Assembly: GCA_000934665.2 (NCBI GenBank)
Contig: KZ539139.1
Span: forward strand, 1 to 32,407
DNA from: Catajapyx aquilonaris
Lineage: Eukaryota
Reading direction: 5' to 3'
Length of the DNA stretch: 32,407 nucleotides
Shown here: in pieces, positions 11,923-25,176 of the stretch
Numbering within the stretch: position 1 is the first letter of the stretch
Layout of the letters: each line of letters opens with the position of its first letter
Notes under the pieces: generated by a model
Told to the model about the DNA's origin: nothing
Databases searched by the model: none
Seen by the model: only the letters and a program-made list of their open reading frames with translations
Translations under genes and position numbers: made by a program

Positions 11923-14900
11923 CTGGAGCATGGGATTTGCCATCCTTTGTTATTGTGGGAGACTACATACTATGCACAATGACAGATACATGTATATCCC
12001 ACCCTCCCCTCCTCCTAACTTTCCCCTTCAAGTAGCAGCATCACCCCCTCCCCCCATCAGCCTCCTCCTCTCCTCCTTTTTGGTGGGGAGTAGGTGATTA
12101 AATCCTGCTGTTTGCACTTGGTGTTAGTCATGGACTGGTGGGGAAAACAGGGCTCAAGAAGAGAGAGGAAGGGAGGAACCCTGCCTCCCACTTCTCAACA
12201 CTGTCCAACCTGTCACTTTTTCCATTATCAGTTCCAAACATTCCTCAATAACAGGAAGGCCAAAAACAGGACCTCTTACTTTTTCTATGGTGGTACAAAA
12301 AATCAGAGAAAATCAAGAAACACTATGCAATTCATTAACTAGCCTCCCCACTCCCATTCCCCTATGCACCCACCCCCTGCTGGGTTGGAAACCAAAGCCC
12401 CCAGGACCTCGAAATAGCAAGCCCACAGCCCTGCAATAAACTGTATGCGCCTGCCCAAGCGTAAACAAGGCTACACAGACCGCCAATAAGCGGCTTAATT
12501 GAAGCTCTTGCGACATTCAGTGCCAAAGTTTGCAGGGTTTTGGGGGAGGGAGGGTGGAGCACTTTTGTTGAGGTGGATGCAGGCTGATGGCAATTTTTAA
12601 TTTTGTCACATGCTAAACTCCATTAAATTCTGAGTAATGCAAATGAAGTTCAGGCAGCCTTACCTCTGGAGATCAACCTGAAAATCTGGAACACCCTTGC
12701 GGATCTGAACGCCTCTTCCTTCAGTTGCTTCCTCCAATTCTTCCACTTCCAGCACTCTCCTTGGCCCTCTCCTGGCTCCTGAAGTTTCAACAGCGCAACA
12801 ACAGTGAAGGCAATCTAACTTAGACCAGTCAACACTCACGTTCAAGAATGCTCAATGACCCCTGCGAGGCTGATCTGGGGATGGCAATTCCATCCAATGT
12901 GGCGGAAGGTGCCAGAGTGCTATCCTGCTGCAACCTGAAATGATTGGCTCAATAGAATCGGTCAAGCGCTTAGAGACTCCAAACTGACCTTGTCAGCACC
13001 CGGAGCCTGGCCACTTCTTCTTCCAAGAGCGACAACCTCCGGTTGGTGGCTTCCCAAGTTGACGGACTCCTCCTGGCATTATCTTCAGGAGCTAACTGCA
13101 GCTGCGCCTATAACAAATAGTCGACAATAGTGTTCAGGAATTTTCGCAAAACGAGCTGGATGCATGATGGAGATGATTGTCTGCCAGTGTGATCATCGGC
13201 CATCATCAACCATCAGCATCCCCCTCCCCCTGAGGCCCTGATGAAATGAGTTGGTATGGGGTGAGGGGGAGGTGACAGAGGCGAAAGAGAGTGACAAATG
13301 AAGTCTGGGGTCCGGGGGCCTGCCAAAGGTCAGCAAACACCGCCCTGCCCGCCACTGATGAATAGCTCGGGGGACTCGCTCAGGTCGCAAATCTCGTCTA
13401 TCTTTTCTTTCTCTCCCTCCCCCCCCCCCTCCACTCCCCACCACCCAATTAATATTGGCTGCCACTTTATCCCGCCATCCTCATGCTACGCCCCATCATA
13501 TAACTTACAGTATCGCTTACTTTCATCCGGCGCTGCATGTGCCTTTAAATTATAATAGGCTGCATTACGAACAAAGCGAAAAGCATAATGATTGACGTAA
13601 ATCGTCCATGTTTACATTGCAGATGAGTATGTAAAACTGGTCTACCGGCTATCCTCAAGGCAGTTAGCTTATGAATACATAATGACCATTGATTAAAACA
13701 ATGTGTGCTTCTGCTTTCCCACCCTATTCGCGTTCCCCTCCTATGCTACCCCCCATAAAAAAACCGAATGAAAAAACAACAAATCGGACTGGTAATTTCC
13801 AAAAAAAAAATATGCGATACCCATGATTGACAATTTAGAAAATTTCATTTCCCTTCCCCCCCACNCCCCCCCCCCCAGCAAATTGGCCAGATTTATTCCC
13901 CAGTCGACTCCTCCAATGACTTAGGCTTAACATCTGTCCAACTCCAACTGATTGCTAGGTAGCAGCTGGCACCACTTTGCGATTCCGCCTTGGACCGGTG
14001 TGTGGTCCACAAATGAAGTGTCTCCCCGGCCCCGAAACATAAGAGGAAGAGGCCTCCGCCCATGTTTGCCCATCTTTTGTGCTGGCAATGGAAGCGACGG
14101 ATAGGATTTCGGCCGACCCACAACGACAGGCAAGAAAGAGGGGAGTCACCTGAGAGGTTGACCTACAGCCCACCCCCACTTAACCACCCACCTTTCTGTC
14201 TGGATAATGCTTGGACAAACATTCGCTTGGATCTCCGGGCGGCCCACAACACAGGAAAGCCCGGGGTTAATGGAAGGGTAAATTTGCTCAAAGGGGGGCC
14301 CCTGCTTGCCTTCGGAGGTTGGGTGGTAAAGGGGGGTGGAGTGCGCCATATAGGAAAACCCTCAGGCCTATGCACCAACTTGCACCCTAAAAAATATTTG
14401 CCAGCCTATATTACGCCTTCTATTTTTTTTTGCAAAAAAAAAAAAAAAGCCACGTGGATATCGCCATTGTTTAGCTCACCAATGATTGACGCACCGTTTG
14501 TCCAATGAACACTCTTGACTCCCAAGCAAAATGGAGGCTGTGCTTGGACCATCCGCCATTCTTACCCCGACCCAATCCTGCACTCTCAATCATACGGAGT
14601 TTGCACAAACCTCAAGTGAATCTGATATCCAATACCAATTTCTCCTAACTTGCTGATCGATGTAATAATGCATGTCCGGAAATGGTCGCGGCACTCATCG
14701 GGGCATGATACCGCACAGATAAGGCAATCGTCCTGGTCTGGGACTGGTTACTCGGGCTTCGAATTTGGCTCGACATAAAAGATGGATTCGTGGACAAGTC
14801 GCCGCCTGAGAGCAAACAAGTATACGGTGCCGTCTCTGGTTCCTCCTCAAACAAGAGGGGGGACCTCGTTGCATTTGGGCAGTTTCCTCTCGGTGCCCCA

Positions 14901-17900
14901 TTGTGTAAGCACATCGTGTCACCCGGAAAATGACGTATTCGATGTTGACCCAATCTCATTTTTCCTCTTGGACTGACATGGATTGTTCCACACACGTGCC
15001 GGTGACGTCACCTGGCACTTACACGCGGATCCAAAAATTGCTCTTTTCTTTCTACCCATATACGCCATCACTTACTAAGAGTGACAGCCGGTTCTGGTAA
15101 TGATGCGTGTCCGACGGGCTCTTGTCAGGACAACGCCCTACCACACCTACTGTCCCCCACTTTTTTTTTCATTATTATTATTAGGGTCACACTGCACCGT
15201 GCGGCCATACCGTGTATAATTCATCCCAAACCGTATCTTGTGCCTCATAAAAAAAAATGTTTCAAAGTAGGTCGTAATGGTGGTGGCTAGATGCGCAGGC
15301 CACGTGACAGTAGGAGGAGCCTGACTCAACTGAGCCCCGACAGTACAGAGGGCAGCACCTGCCAAACGCGCGCTCTACAAAAAAAAAAATAATCGTACCT
15401 GGTCACCCCTGCTTAATTGCTCATTCAAGAAATCCGGCAAGAAAACAAAAAAAAGCACATTAATATCACCAATCACTCTCACTGTTATCGACACTGCTCC
15501 CAAACAAATTTTTGGCGCCCAAAATTTTCTGGTGTGTATGATGGCTACAGGCGAGTCTTCCGCTCCGGTTTGCGAAATGCCAACCGAATTCGCCGTCCCG
15601 CTCTTTATATAAACCTCTCCCAAACCCCCTCCCGGCTACACCCCCCTCCGGTACCTACCCACCCACTCTCTCTCTCTACCGGCCTACAACCAAGCAAATA
15701 TTTTGAGAAGTGCTGCCAGCCCGACTAACACCTCGAACAAATTTGTCCATGTGCTTGTCCCCGCCAATGATAGTAGGGGGGTAACCCCCCCCCCCCCCCA
15801 GTCCAAAAAAAAACCCTCTTTCCCACTTGTGTCTTGCCCACCTGAGCCACGCCCACCTCCCCAATTCAATTGGCTGCACGGGAAACCTAACCAGTTATCG
15901 GAGCTGAACAAATTTACCCAACTTGGAGCCCAATAATACGGGAGCAAACAGAGGCAACTCGCTGTTTGAGCTCCCCTTATCAACCTCCTCCTCCCCACCT
16001 CTCGCACCCCTCCTTCCCCCACTTGCAAATTTGCCCAACTCCTTACGCCAATATTTAGATCTGATGGGCCCAAATAAAGAGGACCGACCCCATTCCCTTA
16101 TAAAGGCGACCCCGAAACTGTGTCAAGATCACCAGGACATGTCCAAGTGCATGGCCATCGCTCCCCTTTACTGTCACATGAGCCATCAGGATAGTTCTCT
16201 ATTGGTGTACAAATGTGGATGAGGTGTAACGACAACACGATGTAGCTATTAAAATGCCATGAAAAATTCTAATTCTGGCCACAATTGAAAAATGCTATCA
16301 GTAAGACTTCTATAAGTCGAATCTCCATGGGACTGGGGAAAAAACTTCGAGTTATAGAAGATTCGAGTTAGAGAAGTTTGGCTTTTTTAAAGCACATAAC
16401 TCTATAAGGAAGCCTACCTTTATATCCAGCGACGAATGGTGTTCAAAACTTAAAAATAACTCAGCACTATCACACTTACAATGTTCCTCGTTGTTTTGTT
16501 GTAAAAAAAACTCCGTTATGGATATTTGCCTACTCTTATGGATTCAAGGATTCAATTGAATGCCACAACGCAATAAGGGCCCATTTCCGTAAAAATTGAC
16601 AGATGATCTGTCAATTTTTACGGAAATGCTTTTATGGCATATTGTACTTCCTCTGGTGGATGTCCATCCGCATAAAATGGAAGAAGAGCCGAAATGAACT
16701 TCCACTTAGGGAAGTTCGACTTATAGAAGTTTTACTGTATTTCCAAAAAGTACATGTATGATACTGTATTATGGTTGACTTCGCAGGTCGTCATGGTTTC
16801 GTTTATTAGGAAGGAGCCAAAGCAACTATGGCAATCTGACTATTAGAAGACACAAAGGTGTGACAGATGGAGACAGAAACGAAGAGAAAAAAGGAGAGAG
16901 GAAAGACTGGCATCTCTTTTCTTTTTCTGTCTCCTCTCCCAAAGACCTGTCCGACTTGGGTGGCCCTTGCCAGTAGACGAAGCTACCGCCGGCATAGCTC
17001 TTAGGGTCACGGGAGAAACGCAGGGCCCCACCTCCACGTCAAGGTAAAGACACCGTCGCGTCGGGGGGTCCATGAATGCGCTTCTTTTGACTGAAGAAGT
17101 CACGAGAAGAGCTGCTCTGACGAGTGCTGTGATTTCGCAGGCACAAATTGCAGGGGGGGGGGGGGNNNNNNNNNNNNNNNATTTCCGAATGTTTTATAGT
17201 CTGGCGTGCCTTCAGTGACTCTAGTAGGTAGGCTTGGTGGAAGGTCCCTGAGGCGGCAAAATCGTTAGTTGGGAGTTTTGGATCGATGGCAGATGGCAGC
17301 AGCAAACTCTCGGGGCAAATTGGGTGGAGGGTTTATGGGTGAGCGGGTGCCAGAGTGGAAGGGGTACAAGTGAAGTGCTCAGACTATGTACCCAAACCCC
17401 AAAAGTCATATTTACTTCGCAGATATATGTCAGGATCGCTTTTCCTCAGATTATTATTCGTCATCGTCAGCCTCTCATCAGGTCACTAGAACAGTAAGCT
17501 ACACGCGTCGAGTTCTGTACAAGGTGGAAATTACTCCATAAATAACAGGATTCTGACATTCATATCTGGCCATAACACACTTATGCACTTGGACTACAAC
17601 AGAATGCTTCTTATGGATATAAATATTGATATTAATTGCTCATTTTATATTGAATGGACGCATCATTTTTGACCACTGCAGGAGGTTGTAACTTGCAAAA
17701 GGTAAGTGCACCTCTTGGTGTCTTGGCCTCAGATGGCAATGGGTTCCAAGGGGTTAGTTTCCTTTCAATTACCGAATTATGGTCCTGAAAGGATTCTGTC
17801 ACTCAACCTAATATTAGAAGTTAATATTTCTGATAGTTGCTAAAAGTATCTGTTCGAATATAACTGCTAAAAAGGAAACCAAAGTCATCACTGAAATTGC

Positions 17901-20900
17901 CTTTTTAATTGGAATACCCGCTATGTGGTATACAAATCTCATCTTCCTCCCCACTTGAAGTTAAGGTTTACCTACATGTATCAGGTTTAACCTGCAGGCT
18001 CTCAGAAATCAAGCTGTGGACCATAACTGGGAAGAAATGTTGATCTTTCCTGGCGAATTTTCGTACGGAATTCGGAAAATACGAAGCTACCATGACAAGT
18101 CAGAATGAAAGCTACTTGTCAAGCTTAGGACAGTCCAAATGTCGTGTGGCATATGACCTCTATAGCCACAAACTACCCCAAGTAAGCATGTAGCAGGTGT
18201 AGTTGGGTTCAGTTTGAACCTTTTATATCAGTAGATATTACAGGTGGCCCCCATTTACAATGGACCTTTTCACAAAGAGTAACATTGATTACCATAATAT
18301 TTTTTTAAATAACAAAAACACAAAACCTTAACACATTGTTGCTACACCTGAGAGTCCAAACACACTACAGGCGCTTCTTGTGTTTTTCATGGTGCATGTA
18401 GCAGGATCTACAGATATACAATAGGTATGCTCATTTTACAACCCTGTTTTTCTGGAACCCAACTCCATCAAAACATGGCCTACCTGTACTCCTGCCTGGT
18501 GCTGCATATTTATGGTCACCACAACAGCAGTTCAGAACAATAGCTCAAATTCCACTTTGACTTAAGACTCTTTTAATAGAAGTACCTTACACTCCTGTTA
18601 TTGCCCATATTTTCTCTGATTCTCAGTTCCTCCAACAAGAACAATTTTACAATAAAACATCTCAAAATTGCTTGCATTCCTATTGTTTCCTCAAAATAAT
18701 GTTTTGAAATTAAATTTCCATGTGTTCCAAATACATCCTTGCATGCATCCTTGCATATATTTTAAAATTAGTTCAATAAATATCTCAGAGAACAGCACTT
18801 CCCCAAGAACTAAAATAAAATAAAAAGAAACAAGCATGAAAATGGATCAACCCTACCTTCATTGCACATGGCTAACTCCTGAAAGCTTTTCTCACACCAA
18901 TGCACTGTGACGCCATTTTTAAAATTTGCCTTTCAGTTTTGGTTTTTAAGCCTTAAAGTGTCGCTTCCAGGAAATCATACTTGAAGAGCTTAAAAGCAAA
19001 AGTAGCTACCTTAATCAGAAATTTTAGAGGAGAAGGAAAACCTGTCATCTGGAAGAGGTCGCAAACTGAAAGTACCTGCTAGGTGGAGTCATGAGATGGC
19101 ATTTTTATGCATTTTTAATGCAAGTTTTGAAAATAGTGGATTGATAGTTTAGCCACAAATGGAGGTCGGTTTGGATCTAGCATTCTAGCTGGTTTTGCTT
19201 GAAAAAAATGATTTTTTCCACAATGCTTTTTAACAATAATATGGAGTGTGTTAAAATGTGGATTACACTACTAATGAGACAGTCTCATGTACATGTTTCA
19301 TAGGGATACAGAAAAAACTAAATTAAACACATTTAACATTACTGAATAATTTATCGCTTTGGTTCTGGCTTGTTTTGCACACAAACTTGGATAATTGTAC
19401 TTACCTTGTATCATACCAAACAAGGTCTGACTAAAGAATATACCAAAAGTGGTCCCCTCCAGCATCCAAAAAATTTTCAATGCGAGTCTGCGTATTGCCG
19501 AAGACTCCTGCAGATTCCTGGCGGGGATGGAATGCATCTCCTTCCCGGCCCGCGCTGCCATAAGCCCCATCATACCCCAAAACGAATTGGACTGTTACCG
19601 TTGCCTTGAGATGCTCTCTCGTCAAGCAGGCGGGCGGCGGAGATGGAGGCCATCCCGGCCGCCAATCAGCAGGAATCTTCGGCAATAATAATGCAGACTC
19701 GCATTTAAAAAAAATTTTATGCTAGAGGGGACCACTTTTGGTATGTTCTTTACTCAGACCTTGTTTGGCATGATACAAGGTAAGTTCATGTCAATTTTCA
19801 TCGGGAACCATACCATAGTTAAAATGTTATTGAGAAATGTTTGGGTTTCCATTCGAGAGAGTCACCCTGTATAACCGAGGTCTGTTATAGCCAAATCGCC
19901 ACTTTTTCAACGAATAGGCAAAGTTTTCTGCTTTCCATATGCATAAGGAAAGGATAAGGATTATTTTACTTTGTTTATTAAATGTCCATAAAGTTGGCAC
20001 CACTAATAAACAACATCCTGACCGATCCCGTAGCATATTATGCTCAGTTTGTTCCCGGCAGGGCTATTCAACTGGCGGACCGCGACGTAATTTTGTCCGG
20101 ATCGCCATGATGTACAGGACGTTTGAAATACCGGTAGCATTAGAAATGACTAAATCATGATTTTTTGGAAAAAGTGCTACCAATTTCATCAAATACACAC
20201 CAATTCAAATCTCCCACATTCACCTAAGCTCGTGTGACCTTGAATTCCCCCCCCCCCCAAAAAAAAAAAAAACCGCCTGCCCCCGCCCTCTACGGCTTCT
20301 TCACTTTGTGCTTATGAAATGGGCCCCCTCCGGACATTTTTCTGCCTACGCGCCTGTACAGGACATCATAAAGGGCGAAAATGTCTTAATATGTCCAGTC
20401 CTGATAGGCCCTTCTACCCTTGCTGCACACGTTTCCATTTTCAAAAATTAACCATGTGGTACCATATAAAATCCACATGGATTCCATGAACCAGAGCTAT
20501 TCAACTAGTTTATGACAAGGTCCAGTATTTACCTTCCACGGCCCAGGAAAGGTAAATACCAGACCTTGTCATAAACTAGTTGAATAGCCCTGGTTTACAG
20601 ATTTACATTCCACCTTACTCTCCCCTCCCCTGTTGTGAGGTCACCGCCATGACGTGGGTGGAGGAGGGTGGAAGGTGGAGGGGTATTCATGGGAGAGGTA
20701 ATGTGTCCTCGTTGACGTCCAGCAAGCGACTGAGGCTTTCTTCCACCCATTGTGCATGCTCAGAAGAGGGACCAATTGGAGGGGTCATGGTAACAATAAA
20801 CGGGAGCCAATAGGAAGCATGTGGTAACAACAATATGCAGTTGGTTGTCAACAACGGTTGCTATGGTGATTCAAAATGAGACAAACATATGTACAAATAT

Positions 20901-23900
20901 TGAGCTTTATACTATAAGGATGGTACTGGAGGACATAAACAGTGACAAAAATTACGTCACTCTCTCCAACCCCAAGCACTTGTTATATGAAGTGAAATAT
21001 GCTGCACTCACCATTAGTTCTTCAAGCAAGCTTGGGTCTCTGGCTGATCGGCCCCCAATGCCTGAATCAGAAGCAGTCTTGGTATACCCCAGCTAATAAA
21101 AATATTGTTAATGTCAAAACATGCCACTTGATATAAGAATAGTGCTGGTTCAAATCACACACACCGATAATCCAGCTTCCCTCCTCCTTCGGGATCGCTC
21201 TTCAATCCGGCCTAATCTCTGAAGCAAGACTCCTCTCTGCCTGAACAACTGTGCAGGACTCTCACAACTCTCCAGAAGCCCAATGATTGATGACAAGCTC
21301 TGTGCCAAAATATAAGCATGTATTATGCATGCCTGGTATTTAAATTAATAGTCCATTTAGCTCACCAAGTCCGAGCCACTGTCTTTTCCGTCAGTCTCCG
21401 ACCCATCAGAGTTGTTGTTGATCCTACATGCCAGTCGTGCAGCCACTGCTTCTTCCCTAACCTTTTCGGCAGCACGAATCTCTTTCACCAGAACTTCAGT
21501 TTCCCCAGAAAGAGAAAAAATGTTGTGTTATACATTACAGTTCGTGCATACAAGGTGCAAAAAAACCAGTCCACTATGGGTAGTTCCAAGTCTAGATTTT
21601 TACAAAAATCCCATCTCATACCCCAACCCAAAAGTGATAACTTCGGATCATAAGGCCACCACAAAAATGAAGAACTGTCATGTCATGCATACAAGGTACA
21701 CCTGCGAGCATAAAGATGGAGACGGCAAGCCCTCACCTTCGGCAGGCTGCTCTGCCAACCTCAGTTATTACGGTATCAAATATACTGACATAAATACACG
21801 AACACACACCTGAAGCAGCTAACTCGGTCCAAAAAGAATTCATTAATTTGAGTCGGATAAAGGAAGGTCAAAAAAGGGCCTGCCGTCTCCATCTTTATGC
21901 TCACGGGGGTACCTTGGAAAAGATTGCATGTATGGTATGACAGTTGTGCATTTTTGTGGTGGCCTTATCCGAAGTTGTCACTTTTGGGTTGGGGTATGTA
22001 GCCCAAGCACTGTTTCTTAATGAAAGACTAAGGGCCAGTTCAGGGAAACCATCGGATTAAGTATTATAGATATCATACATAATCAGAGACCCACCTTGCA
22101 CACATCCATCATTCTCGACCTATTCCTTCAATCCCCACATATTCCCCTTCATTCCTCATCTTCACCATTACCCTGCCTGCTATTTGAGTCCAGTGACACT
22201 ATATGCTGCCCTGTTTGGTAGCCGGTGGAAGGAGAAAATAGTCTGGCCTCTCCCAAGAGTCCAATCTCTCACATCTGTCATTGAGATGATCTTCTCACAT
22301 CATGACTGATATACCGCACTGAACTAGGCATCTTAAGAGGTCATAGCCATAAGCTCAGCTTGTAGCTGTAGGACAGGAGATACTGATGCAGAAAAAACTA
22401 TCCTAGATACAAGCTGAGCTTATGGCTATGACCTCTTCAGATACCTAGTTCTGTGTGGTATGGTGTGGTACATAGATTAGTTATGATGTGATATGCTTTT
22501 CTCACTGAGTGATTTAGCCCCAGATGCATGATCCATAGTAGACCCCTAACAACTCATTGATTTCAATCTACCCCCTCATCTACTAGGCCTACAACAAATG
22601 CTGCATAAGTGTGTACATGACAAGTACAGTAGTGGTTAAAAAACAAGTTGTCACAACCAAAGCCAGGGATATCAACCTCGACTCTATGCCATCCACCTCC
22701 ATGGTCACTTTGTACCCTAGAGGGCCGAGAGCCTCCTAGACCAGGGCTATTCAACTGGCGGACCGCGACGCAATTCTGTCCGGACCATGACGATATGCAG
22801 GACAGTTTGAAATAGCATTAGAAATTACAAATTCAGGACTTTTTGGAAAAAGTGCTAACAATTTCATCAAATACACACCCATTCAAATCTCCCACATTCA
22901 CCTAACCTCGTGTAACCTTGAACCCCCAGCCCTTTACGGCTTGTTCACCTTGTGCATATGGAACGGGGGCCCCTACGAAATTTTTTCTGCCTACGTGCCT
23001 GTACAGGACATCATAAAGGGTGGATATGTCTTAATTATGTCCTGTCTTGATATGCCCTTCTACCCTTGCTGCACATGTTTCTATTTTCAAAAATGAACCC
23101 TGTGGTACCATATGAAATCCATATCTTTACTGGGGAGGGGGGGGGGGGGCCTTCAATGGCCCAGGAAAGGTAAATACTGGACCTGGTCATAAACTAGTTG
23201 AATAGCCATGCCCTAGACCAGCGGTTCTCAAACTTTTTGTTCCGCGGAACCCTATTTACCTCATAATTCTTTCGCGGAACCCTAAACCCTATCTTAACTC
23301 ATAATTTGTGCAAGGAATACCTATAAGTATTTTTGTTGTTAAATGGTAGGGCAAGGTTATGTTAATTTTTTTTTCAAGCCAATCATGCTATTGTTTTTTA
23401 GGTACAAAATTTTATTTTTTATATTTTCCAAATCTTTTGCGGAACCCCTACGCTGGTGTCACGGAACCCTAGGGTTCCGCGGAACACAGTTTGAGAACCG
23501 CTGCCCTAGACTATGGGTTGATCAGGTTGACTTGCTCTCTGAATGGTTCAGGGTGCTTCAAAGGACACCTCCTTTCAAAAACTCTATCTCATTTCCACCA
23601 CCACAACCCCCTAGCCCCAGTCACAGTTTATGTTCAGTGAACATTCCATTATGTCCAATCAATGTCCTGAATGTCCAGTGTTCAATACCAACATTAAGTG
23701 GACGAAAAGTGAATGTTCACTACATACTGTGTTTTTGCCATTCATCCATGTCCTTAGTCTAGATGTCAAGTTAATGTATGACAGTGGATCTACATGGCTA
23801 CATAACCCTAAGAAACAAATCCACTTGATCAGCCTATGGGTAAAGGCACAAAGTGGTCCAACTCAGAAACAAGGTTGTTACCCCTGTGCTTGGTGGTCCC

Positions 23901-25123
23901 AAAGCATCCTAGAAACATGTCAAGCACCATTATCAGACAGTGGAATTAGCCAAAGGTCCCAAAGTTGGAATTAACCCTGGGCCACCCCTGCCCTGAACAG
24001 AACCAGGTGGGACATGGTGTTGTTCTCTGAACAACCTCTTTATATACAGGGTGTTCCTGATTCGTGGGTCACTTTTTGATAATACTGATATTGCTCGATA
24101 GCAGTTATTTTTTGTAGATGGTTGTGCCCCTAACCATGTGCTCCATTATATAGCAGTAGTTATAGAATGGGGCACATGGTTAGGGGCACAACAAGCTGCA
24201 AAAAAGAACTGCTATCGGACGATATCAAAAAGTGACCCACGAATCTGGAACACCCTGTACAGTTGACTCCAGATATACTGTAACAGCCTCAGATATAACA
24301 GATTCTCGGTTAATAGCAGACTGAAAAGACTAGTCCCACCATACTTCCATATATGGCTTGGGTATATAGTTAGGACAGACCTCGGTTATAACAGACAGAT
24401 TTCCACGGTCCCTTTAAGTCTGTTATAACCGGAGTCTACTGTATAGGAATGCTGGGACTAACAGTGTACCATTTTCGCCCACTTCAGCTTGGCAGTTTTT
24501 TCACAGCTGGGCAGCAAAATATTTCCCCTAACTTTGTTGTGCAGTGTAGTACATAACTTAATTTTTAAAATGTCTCCCTGGCATATGCCCTAATGTTCGT
24601 TACTTTGTGTCTGGCAGCACCAATAACATGGTGGATGTCAATTCTTAGGGTTTACTGCAGTTAAGTTGATCACAGCTAGAATTTTCAGAAGTATCATGTT
24701 GAAGTAACACAAACTGTTTATTTGAAACTAACAATAAGTTACAACTATGTATACTACTCACGCAACATGGGGCCATTTTATGAGATTGAATTTCATCACA
24801 GACTGGTTAAATAAAAGTCACTTCCTGGCATGGGCATTCAATAGTGAATTCAGACAAGGGAGACGTGGTAGTCTAGTGGTTACACCACTGGCTAGCCAAG
24901 CGGGAGGCCGGGGTTCAAATCCCGTCCCCGTCACCTCTGCTTGGCCGGGTCTTTTTCCGTTTTTCACCCGACACGTCGGGGCAGCATTGCACTCCCTTAG
25001 CTGCCCGGGGCCAGAGAAAAGGTCTGGTGTATCTGAGAGAGTCGTGAGTGACTATAAACCGAGAATGCCCCCCCTTGGGAACCTTCCCCTCCCCCCAAAA
25101 CGAGCCCAATGGCTCGAGCACGG

Positions 25124-25176
<53 letters not shown>

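Noticed and set aside
13893..16222. Many overlapping 64-148 aa ORFs in intron 5
   Set aside because: GC-rich sequence with ORFs in all frames, no recognisable motif and no phase-0/phase-0 exon that fits the gene.
16843..17485. Exon-like or nested-gene candidates on both strands around the small N gap
   Set aside because: Splice-like sites exist (for example a plus-strand segment at ~16945-17043), but I could not build a coherent model and the gap breaks the frame.
24857..24933. tRNA-Gly gene
   Set aside because: The acceptor and anticodon stems are imperfect, and it is followed by a SINE body, tail and TSD, so it is a SINE head.
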